Translations under genes and position numbers: made by a program
The notes under the pieces: model-generated
The model's database searches: none
Seen by the model: the letters and a program-made list of their open reading frames with translations, nothing else
Told to the model about the DNA's origin: nothing
Shown here: positions 61,354-64,000 of the stretch, one piece after another
How positions within the stretch are numbered: position 1 is the first letter of the stretch
Layout of the letters: each line of letters opens with the position of its first letter
Assembly (NCBI GenBank): GCA_030141605.1
Contig: JAQGDQ010000225.1
Coordinates: forward strand, 298,064-362,063
Source: Tubiluchus corallicola
Lineage: Eukaryota; Animalia; Priapulida
Direction: 5' to 3'
Length of the DNA: 64,000 nt

Positions 61354-64000
61354 CCATTAACCATAACTTGTTAAGTCTAATGTTTCTATCTTATAAGCGC
61401 TTAAAGTCCATTGTGTATTTAGAAAGTAGTGACAGAAAATGGTTCTTTTTCTTATTAATGGATGGCGCCAAAAACCTTGCATAATAAGCCTTAACTGTTG
61501 ACACCTGTGCATGTTAGGTTATTTGTTTTTATTGATTTAGCACAAATTTCTTATAAGATAATTACTGTCTTTTTAGTTTAAATTTAATGTGTTTAACCTG
61601 AAAATCAGATTCTTATTAATTTCAATAATGCGTGTGAGAAAATGAGTAGCACAGAAACTATGTGGAATTCATCATATACCACATTGCTTCCTCGAAATTA
61701 TCGTTCAGGTATTGTATAAACATCGAAGAAGTAGGGATAATGACTCTGCGCATGCGTGGAAATATGATGGAAAGACACGATGTTCGAGAAAGGGCCATTG
61801 TTTAGAAAGATTATAAGAGGGATTATGTGGGATTTAATGATATGTTTAAACGCCTCCACAAGTGAAGTGACTCTAAAGTTCAGTAGTTTTCCGAATGATC
61901 AAAATTCCGCCATCTTGCCACCAACATCGTGCATCAGCCGAATTAACAGAGCCAGTCATTTTGTTAATTATATATGCAAAAACACAAAGAAAACTGCGTG
62001 TATTGTGTTGTTAGGCCTATCTGATTTAACAAATTACAACAGTTTCAAAGTTGCGAATGTTTTGACTATAACTTAACGTATAGCAGAGTGCCAGACCAGA
62101 TTCCAAACGTGTCTTTTCTCTAGAAAACCAGCAGCTTATTTAAGAAATGACATAAGACGGTTAGAAAAATATGAATCCAAAACGCTCTCGTGGAGAAAAC
62201 ACTTTTCTCTGATGTTGTAAAAATCCGTGCGCAAACAACCGAATGTTGTACAGATGCTTCGCCTCAATAAACAGGTTTTTAAAGGTTGCCATCAAAGTTT
62301 TATGCGTGCGCCATACCACCCAAGCTAAATAAACACAAATATGGCCCTATAATGAAGACACATGTCTGACAAACCGCTTTGAGATAAGCAGTTGATGCAA
62401 CGGAAGTACTTGGACCGATAAATGGGCAGTGTAAAATTCAAAAATGGTTTTCAAAAAAGAGGCAGTTGCATTTGACAGAGTTGATGTAGTGCCTGCTGTT
62501 TTATGATGTTAGCCGCCTCTAATGAGCTGTTTTACAGAGGAAGTGGGGAAATCTAGTCTTCATCTCGTCTTAGTTTAATGCATTTTCCAGCCTTCACAAC
62601 TAATATTTTTCAAATGTTTTTGTGGGAATTTTTCTTTATCATGCACAAGTTAGCTTTTAAACACTGACTACCTTCATCATAGTCACTTATGCATTTATTA
62701 GTCAGACGCAGTTAATTAATTTTCAACACCCAGTAACTTGTTTTCTATGAAAGATTGCCTGCCGTCAGATTTTAGTCAGCTAAGTATTTATTCCAGGATT
62801 CTAAGAAAATAAGCTCTCCGCTAGCTCCCGTTTATTCAGTTATAATTTAGTAGAGGGCGACACGGTGGCTGTCAACATGAAACAAGGCTGCACAACATGG
62901 GCTCTGTTTAAGCTAATTATAATTGCAATTATTTATTTAAGTTGATTATGATAATCATTTCATTAGTCCACCAAAGCTGACTACATTTTCCTAAAAGGTT
63001 TCGCGCTAGTCTCTCGCATTCTAAACTAGATAACAATCAGTTTACATGTATTACCATACTTTTCACTCTTATACATACCTTACAGTTTCAGTCTAAGTAG
63101 ACTTTGTCACATACATTCATGTTACATTCCTAGCAAAGGCGCCCTATTAAGACACTGCGTGTAATTAAATATTTCCTGCACCACCACCTGGAGGTCGTTT
63201 CTTTAACTACTATTCACGTTTTACAACGGCTTCACACGGCTAACTAATAGGCCGTTCACGCGATCATTCAAAAAACTGTCATTCTCGAGTTTGTCAGTGT
63301 TGAAGCACCGTGCTGACATAAGAATAACAGTGAAATTTTGAATGTCATTAAAGTTTGATGATTGCCTTTTGTATATTGCAAGCAGACACCAACTTCACCA
63401 AAAACTACGATTTATTTACTTCTAAATATCATAAATCTCTTACCCGGTAATCCGCAACTAAACCACGATCAAAATGTTTTCATATTTCAATTAGTGCAGA
63501 AATAGCTTAAGGAGACCGAAGATTTCCCGCAGAAATTTGTCAATATTCAGTTTCAGTACTTTAGCACTTTAAATTACTTAGAAATTACCTAACTTACAGT
63601 GCATAAAGTATTTTGCCAATGCAAAGTCTCCCTTTCTTTATTGTCAATCAATTTTGTACTTTGTAATTTTCGATTTACGTGCAAGCCTCTGGTACAAATC
63701 AATTTTATTTTGACTGTTCGCATTAGGGCTTTCTAATATAACAAATAAAATACGTTTATAAAAAAAGTTTGATGATATCAAGCATGTCTTGATTTTCGTT
63801 CTTGTCGGAATTCCCAAAAAACCGCGCTGAGAAAAAAATTGAAAATCGCTTATTTGTTTTAAAAAGTGTACGAGTGTCATCAAGACAAACTGGTGTGTGT
63901 GGCAGCGCTGAGCAGGGAATTCATAATTGGGTTTATACACATGTACAGAGAGACAGAAATTTAGAGAATGCTTATTGAAAAATTTTTCTGAAATGATATG

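Noticed and set aside
63598-63732. Minus-strand exon-like segment (acceptor ~63733; either ESPNANSQ...KID* or MRTVKIK...LCT|GTAAGT)
   Set aside because: Two incompatible readings and no recognisable homology; cannot be assigned to a gene from this window.

Overview
AT-rich, intron-rich animal (invertebrate-like) genomic DNA; the organism cannot be identified from the sequence. Three spliced genes were reconstructed by hand, with GT-AG boundaries and consistent intron phases. (1) UROS (uroporphyrinogen-III synthase), minus strand, 5 coding exons at 7175..2911; its 3' exons lie off the left edge. (2) A GH20 hexosaminidase D (HEXD/HEXDC)-like gene, plus strand, 13 coding exons at 13669..34902 (~936 aa). 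It carries an N-terminal signal-anchor, an acidic stem and a long low-complexity C-terminal tail. (3) A minus-strand gene for an extracellular mosaic protein, at least 11 exons at 49920..38053, 5' end unresolved. Its architecture is [Cys-rich module]-[Ig I-set]-[Cys-rich module]-[EGF x3]. The ~140-aa module with 12 conserved Cys is not a domain I can name and is the best novelty candidate. Introns and intergenic DNA hold hAT-like MITEs (one with its left end amplified into a 63-bp minisatellite, one interrupted by a LINE RT fragment), other MITEs, tRNA-derived SINE-like relics, a 29-bp minisatellite with 87-bp higher-order structure, and long microsatellites. Most ORFs in the supplied track are repeat-derived or spurious.
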